DNA of 64,000 nt from Eledone cirrhosa (taxonomy: Eukaryota), in NCBI GenBank assembly GCA_964016885.1, contig OZ024750.1, forward strand, positions 13,020,001 to 13,084,000, in the 5' to 3' direction. The notes under the pieces are model-generated. The model was not told the origin of the DNA and searched no databases. It worked only from the letters and a program-made list of their open reading frames with translations. A program made the position numbers and the translations under genes. Within the stretch, counting starts at the first letter, position 1, and every line of letters starts with the position of its first letter. This document shows positions 55,101 to 60,964 of the stretch, piece by piece.

Positions 55101-58100
55101 GCTTCAGTATCACGTGGTTTTTCTTCTTCTATGACAATAGTTGCTTCAGTATCACGTGGTTTTTCTTCTTCTATGACAATAGTTGCTTCAATATCACGTG
55201 GTTTTTCTTCTTCTATGACAATAGTTGCTTCAGTATCACGTGGTTTTTCTTCTTCTATGACAATAGTTGCTTCAGTATCAAGGGGTTTCTCTTTAGTAGT
55301 ACTATCAAGTACTAAACTAAATTCAGCATCTTCAACTTGTTCAGTTGTGTCTTCAAGAGAGAAACTGATATCATGGGCTTCTGAGGTTGTTTTCTTTTCA
55401 TCCTCTATCTCGAAGCTAGCATCAACAGAGGTATCCTCTTCAGCAAGGCTAAATTCAGCTTCAACATCTTCAGGAGTTTGTTTTTTAGATATATCTGTTT
55501 TGTCCTCTAATATTTCTACTGTAGTCATTTCTGCTACTTGTGTTTTGTATTTATCAGTAACTGATTCAGCAGCAGTCATTGTATCCTTCTGACTCTTACT
55601 GATTTCTGAAACTATATCTTGAGTGTCACTGCCAGACATGGTATCTGTTTGAATAACAGTTATATCAGATTCGGAAATATTAAGAGGCAGTTTTTGTTTA
55701 TCATCCATAACAGTTACTTTTTCAAATGAAATATCAGAAATATCAGACAAACCATTCTCTGATACTTGTTCTTGTACAAATCCAACCATAGATTTGGGGA
55801 TATCAGTAAATGTTGCTTCACTTTTCTCTGGTTTCTTCTCAGAATCAACAATGCTGACTTTCTCAACACTGACATCTGAAATATCGGAGACAATATTGGC
55901 TGTGATATCTTCATGAGCGACTCCAACCATAGATTTGGGGATATCAGTAAATGTAGCTTCACTTTTCTCTGGTTTCTTCTCAGAATCAACAATGCTGACT
56001 TTCTCAACACTGACATCAGAAATATCGGAGACGATATTGGCTGTGATATCTTCATGAGCGACTCCAACCATAGATTTGGGGACATCAGTAAATGTTGCTT
56101 CAGTTTTCTCTGGTTTCTTTTCAGAATCAACAACGTGGATTGTTTCAAAGCTGATATCTGAAATATCGGACACGATATTGGCTGTGATATCTTCATGAGC
56201 GACTCCAACCATATATTTGGGGATATCAGTAAATGTTGCTTCACTTTTCTCTGGTTTCTTTTCAGAATCAACAATGCTGACTTTCTCAACACTGACATCT
56301 GTAATATCAGAGACGATATTGGCTGTGATATCTTCATGAGCGACTCCAACCATATATTTGGGGATATCAGTAAATGTTGCTTCAGTTTTCTCTGGTTTCT
56401 TTTCAGAATCAACAACGTGGATTGTTTCAAAGCTGATATCTGAAATATCGGACACGATATTGGCTGTGATATCTTCATGAGCGACTCCAACCATAGATTT
56501 GGGGATATCAGTAAATGTTGCTTCACTTTTCTCTGGTTTCTTTCCAGAATCAACAATGCTGACTTTCTCAACACTGACATCTGTAATATCAGAGACGATA
56601 TTGGCTGTGATATCTTCATGAGCGACTCCAACCATATATTTGGGGATATCAGTAAATGTAGCTTCACTTTTCTCTGGTTTCTTCTCAGAATCAACAACAC
56701 TGATGGTTTCAACACTGACATCAGAAATATTAGCAAGACCATTTTCTGTTAAATGTTCTTGTACAAATCCAACCATTGATTTAGGGATATCAGTAAATGT
56801 AGCTTCAGTTTTCTCTGGTTTCTTTTCAGAGTCAACAATGTGGATTGTTTCAAAACCGACATCAGTAATATCGGACACGATATTTTCTGTGATATCTTCA
56901 TGAGCGACTCCAACCATAGATTTGGGGATATCAGTAAATGTAGCTTCACTTTTCTCTGGTTTCTTCTCAGAATCAACAATGCTGACTTTCTCAACACTGA
57001 CATCTGAGATATCGGAGACAATATTGGCTGTGATATCTTCATGAGCGACTCCAACCATATATTTGGGGATATCAGTAAATGTAGCTTCACTTTTCTCTGG
57101 TTTCTTCTCAGAATCAACAACACTGATGGTTTCAACACTGACATCAGAAATATTAGCAAGACCATTTTCTGTTAAATGTTCTTGTACAAATCCAACCATT
57201 GATTTAGGGATATCAGTAAATGTTGCTTCAGTTTTCTCTGGTTTCTTTTCAGAGTCAACAACGTGGATTGTTTCAAAGCTGATATCTGTAATATCAGACA
57301 CGATATTGGCTGTGATATCTTCATGAGCGACTCCAACCATAGATTTGGGGATATCGGTAAATGTTGCTTCACTTTTTTCTGGTTTCTTCTCAGAATCAAC
57401 AATGCTGACTTTCTCAACACTGACATCTGTAATATCAGAGACGATATTGGCTGTGATATCTTCATGAGCGACTCCAACCATATATTTGGGGATATCAGTA
57501 AATGTAGCTTCACTTTTCTCTGGTTTCTTCTCAGAATCAACAACACTGATGGTTTCAACACTGACATCAGAAATATTAGCAAGACCATTTTCTGTTAAAT
57601 GTTCTTGTACAAATCCAACCATAGATTTGGGGATATCAGTAAATGTAGCTTCAGTTTTCTCTGGTTTCTTTTCAGAATCAACAATGTGGATTTTTTCAAA
57701 ACTGACATCAGAAATATCAGAGACGATATTTTCTGTGATATCTTCATGAGCCACTCCAACCATATATTTGGGGATATCAGTAAATGTAGCTTCACTTTTC
57801 TCTGGTTTCTTCTCAGAATCAACAACACTGATGGTTTCTACATTGATATCAGAAATATTAGCAAGACCATTTTCTGTTAAATGTTCTTGTACAAATCCAA
57901 CCATTGATTTAGGGATATCGGTAAATATTGCTTCAGTTTTCTCTGGTTTCTTTTCAGAGTCAACAATGCTGATGGTTTCTACATTGACATCAGAAATATC
58001 TGTTGTAATATTTTCTGTTAATTGATAAGTACTTGTATCAACTTTGGTTGGGAGGGTTTCAGATGTACTTTCTTTCTTCTCATCCATAGAAACGGTCATG

Positions 58101-60117
58101 GATACGACTTCTTTTGTCATTTCAGGAGATATTTCTATGATCTCTTCTTCTTTCTGAGGCACCTCAGTTTCCGGCTTTAATAAATGTGATCCGACATTAA
58201 AGTTCAAGTGTTTAATTGGTTGTTATTTTAAAATGCAAATCATCGTGTGGGCAGCTGGTCATGCATGCATATAGAAGCAGCAATTGTCACAGACACATTA
58301 CATGTGTACAGATAGGATGAACACACATATATAAGACAAAACAACATACTGCTACATAGACGCTAATAATAAATATAAACTATAAATATCAACATAATAA
58401 GCAGCATGCTGTACAATGAAACATAGTTTTGACAATGTTTATGTTAAAACTATATAATATTTGCAAATATCATATAAATGTTATATGTTCATTTTGTTTA
58501 AAATATAATTTAATATTTGATATAGAACTGACTAAAACCACTCCTGGTTAAATACAAAACTGATTGATTTAATGTTTATATTTACCTAAAAACATTCCAT
58601 TATAATTTCCTGTAAGAATGTTAAGTTGTCTTCCAAACACCAACTTAATAATTAGAATATTAGTTATTTTCTAAATTCATAAAAATGTTGATTATTTGAA
58701 AATCATAAGTATTGTATTTCATTAGAAATATAGTAACAAATAGCTAGATAAACTCTCCAGATTTTCTGATAAAAACTATTTCAAGTTATAATGCTAAATA
58801 AAATACTTACGAATAGTCTAATTAAAGAAAGCTATAATTACTTTAGTCCTGGAGAGGAGATGGGCTTCACCATATTTTAAAAGATGCCTTAGATATGCCA
58901 TATGGCAATACAGTACCCTGACGAGTCCCTTAGGAGTTACAGATCTAAACAAACATAATTAATTTACAAAGCTAGAATATCAGGATTATATTATATATTT
59001 AATAGATTTAATTATTTTCAACAAAATATTTCATAGTATTAAAATATATAAAGGTAAGTATCGCACTATATAACTTACAAACTTGAAATAAATCATAGTT
59101 TTAACATAATTACAAATAATTTATGCATTTGACATTACGTAAAAAAAATTGTCAAAACTCTAGAAAACGATTTACAAACAACAAAAGCTGTGAAACAAAT
59201 CAACATATTTTAAAAGTGCCAAAAAAGCAGGAAGGAAAAAGGTATCTATAACTAGAGCTAATAAGCCAAACAATACGCGTAAACATAAAATCAGTAAAAG
59301 CTGTGCAAATCTGTTTAAAATAACTAAAAATATGAGCCATCCATTTAATATTTTCTCTGACATTCAACATTAGAAGTTTATATTTATGTATATATATATA
59401 TATATATTTATGTGTGTGTATATATATATATATATATATCGCAAGTAAGTATGTTTTGAAACAGTGAGCAGGTTTGAAATTAGAAAATAGAATAGCTTTC
59501 ACCGTATTTTTGACTAAAGGAATTTTAGCCTCAGATAAATGGAAAAAGATGAGTAGTACGTCAATACTCATCTTTTTCCATTTATCTGAGGGTTCTAAAC
59601 CCCATTATCAGGCTAAAATTCCTTTAGTCAAAAATACGGTGAAAGCTATTCTATTTTATATATATATATATTTATGTGTGTGTATATATATATATATAAT
59701 ATAATATTTATATATATCATATAATATATTAATATAATATAGTATATAAATATAAAATATGTTAATATAATGTGTGTGCGTGTGTGTGTGTGTTTGTGTA
59801 CAAAGTGAGAGAGGGGCATATATAAGTATATACAATATAGAGATATATGTATATATTTTTTTAAATCCTCAATGTGGGTATTTTAAGATGTGACATGCCA
59901 CAACTATCTCAGTAACTATGAGAGAATGCAAAGTATTAGTATTTCAGGATCTTTATCCATCATTAGTGATGTTACTCAATTAATAATGAGATAAAGAAAG
60001 CTAATAGCATATATATACTTAGGTATACAGCTAGGCACCAGTGATGTCACAACTCAGTTCTATAGCTGATTAAACTGAAGCAATATGAAATAAAGTGTGT
60101 TTCTCAAGGACAAACAC

Positions 60118-60188
<71 letters not shown>

Positions 60189-60321
60189 GAGGTGTTCCTC
60201 GCTTTAAGGGTATCGAAAAAGGGTGAGACAGTTACCCTTACAGGTGCAGTAGGACTGCTGCAATAGATGTGTGAATCTGAATAAAATCCAAAGCCAGCCA
60301 GGAATGTTTCAGCACACTCTC

Positions 60322-60396
<75 letters not shown>

Positions 60397-60916
60397 CACA
60401 CACTCAGTATATATATATATACATACACTCAGTGCTCCTGTGGGAGCCCCTACATGGACACATTGGAAGAGGAAGACCAAGGTTAACGCAGGAGATGGCA
60501 GCGATAATGAGGGACAGATACCGCTGGAGAGAACTCGTCCATGGGTCTCAGGAATTTTACATACACACATACACATCTATATATATATAATCTACATAAG
60601 CAACTGATGACTTAAGAAACAATGAGAAAGTTTGATATTTCAAATGTAGTCACCCCTAAGCAGAAATGGCTATAATAGTAGTCAATCACTATACAAAATA
60701 GTTGAGAAAATCTGATAAATTACAACTGGAGATGAAAAACAGTCATTGATACTTATAGTAATTTATGCGTTGAGATGATTATATTTCAAATTTCAAACTT
60801 TCAAAATGCTTATCAAATCAACAGTTTTTACACTTGTAGCTAGAGTTGGCAATCTACTCGATAGGTCATAGAAAACTTGCCAAAAGAAAGATCATTCATG
60901 TGTTTGTGTGTAAGTA

Positions 60917-60964
<48 letters not shown>

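Noticed and set aside
54624-58025. Many plus-strand and alternative-frame ORFs over the giant exon
   Set aside because: Shadows of a tandem coding repeat; they recur with the 141/282/423-bp period
58811-59081. Possible 7-nt (58811-58817) and 3-nt (59079-59081) microexons
   Set aside because: The 7-nt one breaks frame; both patterns are expected by chance in AT-rich introns
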